The notes under the pieces are model-generated. The model worked only from the letters and a program-made list of their open reading frames with translations, ran no database searches and was not told the origin of the DNA. From NCBI GenBank assembly GCA_029861845.1, contig JAOTYM010000007.1, positions 2,960-66,959 on the forward strand: a DNA stretch of 64,000 nucleotides. Direction: 5' to 3'. Both the position numbers and the translations under genes were made by a program. Below are positions 56,729 through 64,000 of the stretch, piece by piece. Source of the stretch: Gammaproteobacteria bacterium (GTDB lineage: Bacteria > Pseudomonadota > Gammaproteobacteria > Acidiferrobacterales > SPGG2). Position 1 is the first letter of the stretch. Every line of letters begins with the position of its first letter.

Positions 56729-57355
56729 ATGAAAATGCGCGCGCTTTGGGGTTTAGCGCTAATAACCGGCCCGATACTGGGCATGGCCATCGACCATGGC
56801 GGTAGCGCTCAAGCCGCAGACCCTCGCCAGTTCGAAACCGCGACACTCGCCGGTGGTTGTTTTTGGTGTGTGGAATCCGATTTCGATAAGGTGGAAGGTG
56901 TGATCTCGACCACCTCCGGATACACCGGCGGCCACGCGAAAAATCCAACGTATAAACAGGTATCGGCCGGCGGCACCGGTCACGCCGAGGCGGTACAGAT
57001 CGTGTATGATCCGGCCAAGGTTACTTACGCTGAATTGCTCGAGGTCTATTGGCGCAACATCGACCCCACCACCCCCAACCGTCAGTTCTGTGATGCCGGT
57101 AGTCAATATCGAGCCGAAATCTTCTACCACGACGAGACACAAAAAGATCTAGCGGAACAATCGAAGCGAAAGGCCGAATCCACAAAGTCATTCGAAGCAC
57201 CGATCGTAACCCAAATCACAATGGCGTCGGAGTTTTATCCGGCCGAGGAGTATCACCAGGATTATCATTCAAAGAACCCGATACGCTACAAGGTTTATCG
57301 TTACGGTTGTGGTCGAGATAAGCGCCTCGAACAACTCTGGGGCTCAACCGGTTAG
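56729..57355 (+). CDS. msrA: Peptide-methionine (S)-S-oxide reductase MsrA with signal peptide
   Basis: 208 aa. It has the active site GGCFWCVE and an N-terminal signal-like segment MKMRALWGLALITGPILGMA. Confidence 0.9.
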   Translation: MKMRALWGLALITGPILGMAIDHGGSAQAADPRQFETATLAGGCFWCVESDFDKVEGVISTTSGYTGGHAKNPTYKQVSAGGTGHAEAVQIVYDPAKVTYAELLEVYWRNIDPTTPNRQFCDAGSQYRAEIFYHDETQKDLAEQSKRKAESTKSFEAPIVTQITMASEFYPAEEYHQDYHSKNPIRYKVYRYGCGRDKRLEQLWGSTG

Positions 57356-57365
57356 CCGGCCTAGT

Positions 57366-57800
57366 TCATAGAGGCATATCAGGCACCCACACGTACCCGT
57401 CTGAATCGATAAGGAAGGCTTCACGCAACCCGTGGGCCTCCTTGTCGGTGGGGCGCGCCAACACCTGAAATCCTAGACGTTGCGCTGCCGCTTCGGCTTC
57501 ATCGGGATGGCGGCCGTGCAGGCGTAACTCCATGCCAGCTCCTCGTTGGCTAACGTCAGCAACAACGTCCTGCATCGCATGTTTGTCGTACGTATGATCA
57601 GCGTGTAGCATCCACTCGGCGCCAAATCCGCTCACGACTGCAATATCGGGGTCACTGTAGACTACGGTCGCACCAAGTACCTCGGTTTGGAATACCAGCG
57701 CTCGCTCGATATCGCGAACCAGCAGATTGACTGTCAATCCCTTGAGCGATCGTCCATATTCATCCGCTGGTATCCACGTATCACCAGTACGCAGTTTCAT
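57366..57800 (-). CDS. VOC (glyoxalase/bleomycin-resistance/dioxygenase) family protein
   Basis: 144 aa. The paired beta-alpha-beta-beta-beta pattern includes LLVRDIERALVFQTEVLG. The family call is made by resemblance only. Confidence 0.6.
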   Translation of the reverse strand: MKLRTGDTWIPADEYGRSLKGLTVNLLVRDIERALVFQTEVLGATVVYSDPDIAVVSGFGAEWMLHADHTYDKHAMQDVVADVSQRGAGMELRLHGRHPDEAEAAAQRLGFQVLARPTDKEAHGLREAFLIDSDGYVWVPDMPL

Positions 57801-57838
57801 TAGAACCTCCCTCCAACAGACATGTTCGATACTACGAT

Positions 57839-58789
57839 CTATCGTCGCTTCTCTTTTGGATAGAAACTGGTCTCGCCGACCGGGCGTGTCTTGAACCGTT
57901 TATGTAGCCAAAAATATTGTTCCGGGGTCTCTCGTACTGCACGCTCGATCTCTCGGTTCATGCGCTCGGCATCTTTGACTGGATCATTGGTTGGAAACCC
58001 GGCTAACGGTGGTTCGAAGGCAATCTCGTAGCCCTTGCCGCCGGGCAATTGACGGCAAAAGCACGGAATAACTACGGCCGCGGTGATCTTTGCCAAACGC
58101 CCGAGTGCCGTGAAGGTTGCGGTGGGTATCCCAAAAAACGGTGCAAACGCTGGACTGCGCTTGCGTGCATCTTGATCTGGCAGGTAATAAAGCGGCAGAC
58201 CTTCGCGAACTTTTTTAACCAATGTTATCAGCGGCTTATTGTATTCAATAAGGGTAAGCCCGAAACGGGTCCGGCCCTTCTCCATAAAAAGACGCAGCAC
58301 CTCATTATCGACGTGACGGAACACGGCACACATGGGACGTTCCTGTGACAGGCGTACTACCCCTATCTCCAAGCCGACAAAGTGCGGCACAAGTAGAATG
58401 ACATTCTTACCATCGGCTATCGCGCGGTCATAATGCTCGCGTCCGCTGATTTTCACCAGCCGGCCTAAGCGCTGCGGTGACGCCCACCAGGCGATTCCCA
58501 TATCGAGCAGCGCCTGACCAAAAACACGAAAATTGCTTTTCACCATTTGCTTTTGTGCTTCCGGCGTCAACTCTGGAAAACATTTGCAAATGTTGATGGT
58601 CGCAATTTCTCGACGACCGGGATGTATGTAGTAAAGCACCACACCCAGGCTGTCGCCGCACCATGCCAACATGGGCAATGGCAATAGGCTAATCGCACGC
58701 ATCGCACCAACACCCAACCAGCGGTGCCAGTGTCGTGGGTGCAAGAAAAACTTCAGTCGGCCTTTCTTAGGAATAGGGAGAACGGCCAT
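57839..58789 (-). CDS. Lipid A biosynthesis late acyltransferase (LpxL/HtrB family), canonical HX4E
   Basis: 316 aa with PHFVGLE (HX4E), YLPDQD and QYFWLHKRFKTRP. Confidence 0.85.
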   Translation of the reverse strand: MAVLPIPKKGRLKFFLHPRHWHRWLGVGAMRAISLLPLPMLAWCGDSLGVVLYYIHPGRREIATINICKCFPELTPEAQKQMVKSNFRVFGQALLDMGIAWWASPQRLGRLVKISGREHYDRAIADGKNVILLVPHFVGLEIGVVRLSQERPMCAVFRHVDNEVLRLFMEKGRTRFGLTLIEYNKPLITLVKKVREGLPLYYLPDQDARKRSPAFAPFFGIPTATFTALGRLAKITAAVVIPCFCRQLPGGKGYEIAFEPPLAGFPTNDPVKDAERMNREIERAVRETPEQYFWLHKRFKTRPVGETSFYPKEKRR

Positions 58790-59738
58790 TATCGGGACGA
58801 GTCTTGAACAACTTGAGAGTCCACATATATTGCGCTGGCATTTCGTAAATGCTTGCTTCCAACACTTGATTCATGCGGGTGGCATCTTTGTTGCGATCGC
58901 CAGTTGGAAAATCCTCTAGCGCCGCCCCCATGGTTACTTGGTAACCTCGACCTGCTGGCAGCAGGGACACAAAGAACGGTAGCACTGCCGCGTCAGTGAC
59001 ATCTGTCAGTCTTCCCAGCGTGGCGAGGGTCGCGGTTTGGACACCAAAAAACGGCGCGAATACCGAGCGTCCCGGCCCAAAATCTTCATCTGGAATATAG
59101 TAGAAGATCATACCTTGCTGCAGGGCGCGCACAACCGGTCGCATACCTTGCTTGCGCATGAGCAGACGACAACCAAACCGCATACGCGCTTTATTGATCA
59201 ACCAGTTCAGCAAGCTGTTGCGTGCCGGCTTAAACATTGAGAATTGGTCATGCTCTTTGGCAATGACGGTGCCGAAGTTTATGCCAACGCAGTGAGGCGC
59301 CAGTAGAATGACATTCTTACCATGACCCAGTTGTAGGCGCAGATTTTCCAGACCGACGATACTTATTTTGCGTTCGAGTCTTGACCTTGACGCCCACGCC
59401 AGAAAACCAAGGTCAATATAGCTCTGCCCAGTCAACACGAAATGTCGGCGCAGTAAACGCTCGCGTTGTCGATGATTGAGATCAGGAAAGCACATCCCCA
59501 GGTTGGTACGGGCGATACGACGGCGTTTGCGGTTAAGCAGAAAGAATAACCAACCATAGGTAGCGCCAACAAAACGACTGACGCCGAGGGGGAGCAACGC
59601 GCTTAGGCGCAATAACCCTAATCCCGCCCAGGTCAACCAATAGCGGGGGTGCAGATAAGCAGGCTCGAGCTTGAGTGAATAGAAATCTGGCTGCTTGAGT
59701 TGGGTTAGGCCGCGGGTGTTACTCGGGACTGAGTTCAT
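58767..59738 (-). CDS. Lipid A late acyltransferase paralog (LpxL/LpxM family), HX4N variant
   Basis: 323 aa with PHCVGIN in place of HX4D/E, plus YIPDEDFG and QYMWTLKLFKTRP. It overlaps the downstream paralog by 23 nt. Confidence 0.8.
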   Translation of the reverse strand: MNSVPSNTRGLTQLKQPDFYSLKLEPAYLHPRYWLTWAGLGLLRLSALLPLGVSRFVGATYGWLFFLLNRKRRRIARTNLGMCFPDLNHRQRERLLRRHFVLTGQSYIDLGFLAWASRSRLERKISIVGLENLRLQLGHGKNVILLAPHCVGINFGTVIAKEHDQFSMFKPARNSLLNWLINKARMRFGCRLLMRKQGMRPVVRALQQGMIFYYIPDEDFGPGRSVFAPFFGVQTATLATLGRLTDVTDAAVLPFFVSLLPAGRGYQVTMGAALEDFPTGDRNKDATRMNQVLEASIYEMPAQYMWTLKLFKTRPDNGRSPYS

Positions 59739-59973
59739 GCAGATATGGACCTTGGGTAGCGCTATATGGCGGCCGGCATTATAGCCTTGGCGGTTAAGGC
59801 ATTGAAAAATAGCGCACCAGGCGACCTATGGCCGGCGCGGCCACGGTGACGCCTGAGCTTGGATGGCGGCATCCGGCGAAATCATACCGCACGGTTGGTT
59901 TACGCACCTGTACTTATGTCATTTTTCTGCATTTATTGACAGAGACAATCTATTATGATACATACCGGTTGGT

Positions 59974-60597
59974 ATGTTCACAGCCAGAAAATCGGACCAG
60001 ACACGCGAGTTGTTGCTACGCGCGGCGTTTGACGAGATTCACCGGAATGGCTTCCAGGCAGCTAGTCTCAGCAAGATTTTGGCCGATACAGGCCTAACCA
60101 AGGGCGCGCTGTATCACCACTTTCCAAACAAGACGGCACTCGGGTACGCGGTGGTCGATGAATTGGTGACAAACGAAATTACGCAGCGGTGGTTGGCCCC
60201 ACTGGAAAACCAAGACGACCCGATCACTGCTTTGCGCACGTTATTGCAAGAGGCCGGCAAGTCGCTGCGACCAGCGGACATTATGCTTGGTTGCCCACTC
60301 AACAATCTTGCCCAGGAAATGTCACCGGTAGACGAAGGTTTTCGCGAACGCATAAATCATATTTACAACGTCTGGCGTGGTGGTATCGCGCAAGCGCTCA
60401 TGCGGGGGCAGGCCAACGGCACCGTACGTACTGACGTTCACCCCGGAGAAACCGCTGCTTTTCTGGTCGCGGCCATGGAGGGTTGTATGGGCATGGCGAA
60501 GAACGCACATGACCCGGACCTGCTTTTCAATTGCGGCAAGAGCCTTATTGGTTATCTCGAATCCCTTCGCGTGGCGCCGAAACCCAGGGTGAGGTAG
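59974..60597 (+). CDS. TetR/AcrR-family transcriptional regulator
   Basis: 207 aa with the N-terminal HTH ASLSKILADTGLTKGALYHHFPNK. Confidence 0.88.
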   Translation: MFTARKSDQTRELLLRAAFDEIHRNGFQAASLSKILADTGLTKGALYHHFPNKTALGYAVVDELVTNEITQRWLAPLENQDDPITALRTLLQEAGKSLRPADIMLGCPLNNLAQEMSPVDEGFRERINHIYNVWRGGIAQALMRGQANGTVRTDVHPGETAAFLVAAMEGCMGMAKNAHDPDLLFNCGKSLIGYLESLRVAPKPRVR

Positions 60598-60624
60598 GCC
60601 ACAGATGAATATGGGGAGCGTCTA

Positions 60625-61560
60625 ATGCAATTCACGGATTTCCTAATCCTGGCTAGCGTCGGTGTGGCGATAGTGGCGATTCTTAGCGTTGGGTTTGCGT
60701 GCGTATTCACTCGCCTATGGGGTAAACCCAGGCGTCTCGCATCGGCAAGAACACCTGCCGATCACGGCCTGCCATTCGAAGCGGTGTCTTTCACCAGCGA
60801 CGGCGTGCGCCTGCGGGGTTGGTTTATCCCCAGCCACATGCCAACCGCCAGGGGCACAATTATTGTCGCGCACGGCTGGTCACACGGTGCCACCAAGATG
60901 TTGTCCGTTGCCCGTCGGTTACGCGAAGCCGGGTTCGCCGTGTTGCTCTATGATACGCGTGGTCACGGAGCCAGTGGCGATGATGGTTTTATCAGCATTG
61001 CCAAGTTCGCCGAGGATCTGATCGCGTCGGTCGACTACCTGGAAGGCCGACCGGACGTGGACGCTACCCGCATCGGGGTGGTGGGGCATTCTATGGGCGG
61101 CGCCGGCGCGATCTTGGCGGCATCAACGGAGCCCCGCATACGAGCGCTGGTCAGCACCTCCGCATTCGCCGATCCGGTTACAGTTACCGCCCGCGCGTTG
61201 CGTTGCCTGCGTATTCCGCGCTGGCCGTTTCTCTGGCTTGTGTGCCGTTGCTGGGAGTATTGGCTGGGGACCACCGGAGACGAGGTGGCGCCGCAAAATC
61301 GAATCGCCGATGTAACCGTGCCGGTGCTCCTTGTACATGGTGACACCGATCGTTTAATACCGGCCTCGGACATGCGAACATTGTATGCACGAGCCAATGC
61401 GCAGTATGCCGAACAATGGTTGGCGCAGGGACGACGTCATTCAGATGTGTTAAGCGATCCCGAATTCGAATCTCGCGTGATCGCATTCTTGGGCCGCACC
61501 TTGACCATCCCGTTTGAACCGCAGGCTGACTATCTGCCACCACGTGAATTCTCGACCTAG
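60625..61560 (+). CDS. Membrane-anchored alpha/beta hydrolase
   Basis: 311 aa with an N-terminal TM helix, the nucleophile elbow GHSMGG and a distal HGDTD / H triad context. Confidence 0.8.
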   Translation: MQFTDFLILASVGVAIVAILSVGFACVFTRLWGKPRRLASARTPADHGLPFEAVSFTSDGVRLRGWFIPSHMPTARGTIIVAHGWSHGATKMLSVARRLREAGFAVLLYDTRGHGASGDDGFISIAKFAEDLIASVDYLEGRPDVDATRIGVVGHSMGGAGAILAASTEPRIRALVSTSAFADPVTVTARALRCLRIPRWPFLWLVCRCWEYWLGTTGDEVAPQNRIADVTVPVLLVHGDTDRLIPASDMRTLYARANAQYAEQWLAQGRRHSDVLSDPEFESRVIAFLGRTLTIPFEPQADYLPPREFST

Positions 61561-61602
61561 TAACGTCACCCCTAAGTACAGCAACGACCAACAGAAGGTT
61601 TC

Positions 61603-62040
61603 ATGGCTGTTCAGCTTCCCCCAACCGCGACTAATTCCAATGTACTTCGTCGCGCCCTGCAAGCCAACGGCCTGTTCTCCGCGGTAAACGGCGTCGTGCT
61701 GGCGGTGTTACCGACACAAGTGTCGTCTTTCTTGGGACTTGATATGCCGGGCCTCATGAACTTCCTTGGTGCCGGCCTTATCGGGTTTGCCGTCGCTCTA
61801 TTCTGGCTTGCAGCCGAGCCCAGAATTCGTCGTAGTCTTGCGCTCGCGGTAATCCTTCTCGACGTCGCCTGGGTGGTAGACAGTATATTGTTGTTAGTCA
61901 CTGACATTGTGCCGCTGACTATTCACGGGATGTGGGCGATTGCGATCGTCTCGGGCATGGTCGCGTCATTGGCCGCGCTTCAATCTTACGGGCTGCGCCG
62001 TTCGTACGATACCCCGCAACCCGTCGCCTCGCGCGCCTAG
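61603..62040 (+). CDS. Small 4-TM integral membrane protein, unknown function
   Basis: 145 aa with four hydrophobic helices. It lies between the hydrolase and the RND exporter. Confidence 0.55.
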   Translation: MAVQLPPTATNSNVLRRALQANGLFSAVNGVVLAVLPTQVSSFLGLDMPGLMNFLGAGLIGFAVALFWLAAEPRIRRSLALAVILLDVAWVVDSILLLVTDIVPLTIHGMWAIAIVSGMVASLAALQSYGLRRSYDTPQPVASRA

Positions 62041-62081
62041 TTTCGGCTTACGATCGCAAACAACCCCATCTCGAGATAATA

Positions 62082-64000
62082 ATGATTGTCGCCTTTTCAA
62101 AATGGGTTATACGTTGGCGTTGGTGGTTAATGCTCCTGTGCATCGCCGCCACCGTAGCAGCTGGCAGCGGTGTCCGGTTTCTCGAATTTACGACCGACTA
62201 TCGCGTGTTCTTCAGTAAGGAAAACCCACAACTACAGGCCTTCGAAGAGCTGCAAGATGTGTATAGCAAGAACGACAATGTCCTGTTCGTGATTGCACCC
62301 AAGGATGGCACGGTATTTACACGCGAGACATTAGCGACGGTGGAATGGCTAACCGAGGCTGCTTGGCAACTGCCTCATTCCAACCGTGTAGATTCGATCA
62401 CAAACTTTCAGTACACATATGCGGACGCCGATGACCTCGTCGTTTCGAATCTGATCGAAAATGCAGACACCTTCTCCAACGAACAACTTGTGCGTGCCAA
62501 AGAGATAGCGCTGGCCGAGCCCTTGCTTATAAACCGGCTTATCTCGCCACAGACACACGTCACCGGCGTCAACGCCACCATTATTCTTCCTGGTAAGGGA
62601 CTACATGAGGTACCGGAAGTCGTCGCTAAGGCGCGCGAACTCGTCGACCAAGCCAAGGCAAAAAACCCTAACATCGACATTTATCTCACCGGCGTGGTGC
62701 TGATGAACAATGCATTTCCAGAGGCAGCCCAGAACGATTTGGCTTTTCTGGTGCCGTTGATGTACCTGGTAGTGATCATCGTGCTTGCTTTAACCCTTCG
62801 CTCGGTGAGCGGCACTATCCTTACCGTGGTAGTAACGATGATGTCGGTCGTAACCGCGATGGGGCTCACCGGATGGCTGGGTATAAAGATGACGCCGCCA
62901 TCGTCGGCGGCACCAACGATTATTCTGACCTTGGCAATCGCGGATAGCGTCCATATCTTAGTGACGTTGTTGACCGAGGTCCGCGATGGTAAAGGAAAGT
63001 ATGAGGCGATAGTCGAGGCCCTACGCATCAATGTGCAGCCGGTGTTTCTCACCAGCCTCACCACGGTCATCGGTTTCTTGTCCATGAACTTCAGTGATGC
63101 GCCGCCGTTTCGTGACCTCGGCAATATAGTCGCCATGGGTATTAGCGCTGCATTTGTCTATTCGGTGCTATTCCTACCGGCAGCGATGGCAGTTATGCCG
63201 CTGCGGGTTAGACGTCGTCCAATTGGGGCCGCCGGTATGGACCGTTTTGCGGAGTTCGTGATTCGAAATCGCCGACGTTTGCTATGGGGAATGACACTGG
63301 CAATCCTCGTTCTCGTCGCCTTTATTCCGCGCAATCAGCTCAACGACCAATTTGTCGAGTACTTCGCCGAAAGCATCCCATTTCGCACCGACACCGACTT
63401 CTCGGTCGCCAACCTAACCGGTATCTATCGGCTCCAATATAGTTTGAACGCCGGCAGCAGCGGCGCCATCAGCGACCCTACTTATCTGAAAACACTTGAA
63501 GAGTTTGCGAATTGGTATCGGCGTCAGCCCGAAGTCATCCATGTCAACACGCTCACCGACACCATGAAGCGGTTAAATAAGAATATGCATAGCGATGATG
63601 CCAAGTGGTATCGCATTCCTGAGGAGCGTAACTTGGCGGCGCAATACTTGTTGTTATACGAGCTTTCACTACCATTTGGGCTCGACCTCAACGATCAGAT
63701 CAATGTCGATAAGTCCGCCACCCGGCTTACCGCGACGCTGAAGAATCTAACCACCAAGGGAGTGCTTTCACTGGAGGCGCGCGCCCAACAATGGCTGAGA
63801 GATAACGCACCAGCACATATGTTTGCCCATGGCGCCGGCCCCTCAATCATGTTTTCGTATATCGGTTACCGCAATATTCGCAGTATGTTGTTCGGTGGCC
63901 TTGTAGCGCTCATATTGATTTCCGGCCTTATCCTGCTGGCTACGCGTAGCGTAAAAATCGGCTTGGTCAGTTTGTTCCCTAACCTATTGCCAGCGGGCAT
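62082..64000 (+). CDS. RND-superfamily exporter of the MMPL/HpnN (sterol-sensing-domain) type, N-terminal 639 codons (continues past the window end)
   Basis: I translated by hand from ATG 62082 to the window end with no stop: MIVAFSKWVIRWRWWLMLLCIA... There is a large periplasmic loop, then a TM bundle (LVPLMYLVVIIVLALTLRS..., PTIILTLAIADSVHIL, FLTSLTTVIGFLSMNFS), then a second loop. It is missing from the ORF track because it is open-ended. Confidence 0.8.
   Translation, partial: MIVAFSKWVIRWRWWLMLLCIAATVAAGSGVRFLEFTTDYRVFFSKENPQLQAFEELQDVYSKNDNVLFVIAPKDGTVFTRETLATVEWLTEAAWQLPHSNRVDSITNFQYTYADADDLVVSNLIENADTFSNEQLVRAKEIALAEPLLINRLISPQTHVTGVNATIILPGKGLHEVPEVVAKARELVDQAKAKNPNIDIYLTGVVLMNNAFPEAAQNDLAFLVPLMYLVVIIVLALTLRSVSGTILTVVVTMMSVVTAMGLTGWLGIKMTPPSSAAPTIILTLAIADSVHILVTLLTEVRDGKGKYEAIVEALRINVQPVFLTSLTTVIGFLSMNFSDAPPFRDLGNIVAMGISAAFVYSVLFLPAAMAVMPLRVRRRPIGAAGMDRFAEFVIRNRRRLLWGMTLAILVLVAFIPRNQLNDQFVEYFAESIPFRTDTDFSVANLTGIYRLQYSLNAGSSGAISDPTYLKTLEEFANWYRRQPEVIHVNTLTDTMKRLNKNMHSDDAKWYRIPEERNLAAQYLLLYELSLPFGLDLNDQINVDKSATRLTATLKNLTTKGVLSLEARAQQWLRDNAPAHMFAHGAGPSIMFSYIGYRNIRSMLFGGLVALILISGLILLATRSVKIGLVSLFPNLLPAG

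Noticed and set aside
62408-63136. Two minus-strand ORFs (90 and 151 aa) listed in the track where no plus-strand ORF is listed.
   Set aside because: The plus strand carries an uninterrupted RND-exporter frame from 62082 to the window end. It is missing from the track only because it has no stop. The minus-strand ORFs are its shadows.

Overview
This is a chromosomal window from a Gammaproteobacteria-like genome. Synteny resembles Pseudomonas and marine gammaproteobacteria, and GC looks moderately high by eye. Most of it is conserved housekeeping. In order: pilN/pilM divergent from mrcA (PBP1A); argS plus a SPOR protein; glnK-amtB with a recognisable sigma-54/NtrC control region; ubiK; a six-gene polyol/sugar-type ABC importer; cytochrome c5-like; tRNA-Arg(CCG); dsbA; mpl; rnd; mltA; topA-smg-(dprA remnant)-LysM divergent from def-fmt-rsmB-DUF4390-ntrY-ntrX-trkA-trkH. 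I recognised no CRISPR array, transposase, integrase or phage genes.

The loci most worth a second look are these:
- (1) A 1678-aa secreted NHL-propeller/TPR/transglutaminase-like protein sits head-to-head with a CHASE2 class III adenylate cyclase.
- (2) A same-strand gene string (about 56.6 to 51.2 kb) is centred on a polytopic His-rich membrane / 2Fe-2S / class III cyclase fusion. It is followed by a C45 Ntn-hydrolase, a membrane metal-hydrolase-like protein, a ferredoxin-less YcbX-type MOSC protein and a small Cys-rich secreted protein.
- (3) dprA has been reduced to an out-of-frame remnant lacking its central domain.
- (4) A GNAT gene is interrupted by an in-frame TAA.
- (5) The ABC importer has two ATPases whose motif defects combine into one degenerate and one consensus ATP site.
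- (6) The NtrX-like regulator lacks GAFTGA and has a Walker-B Asp-to-Tyr change.

All functional calls rest on motif and family recognition by eye. No database search or HMM was run.
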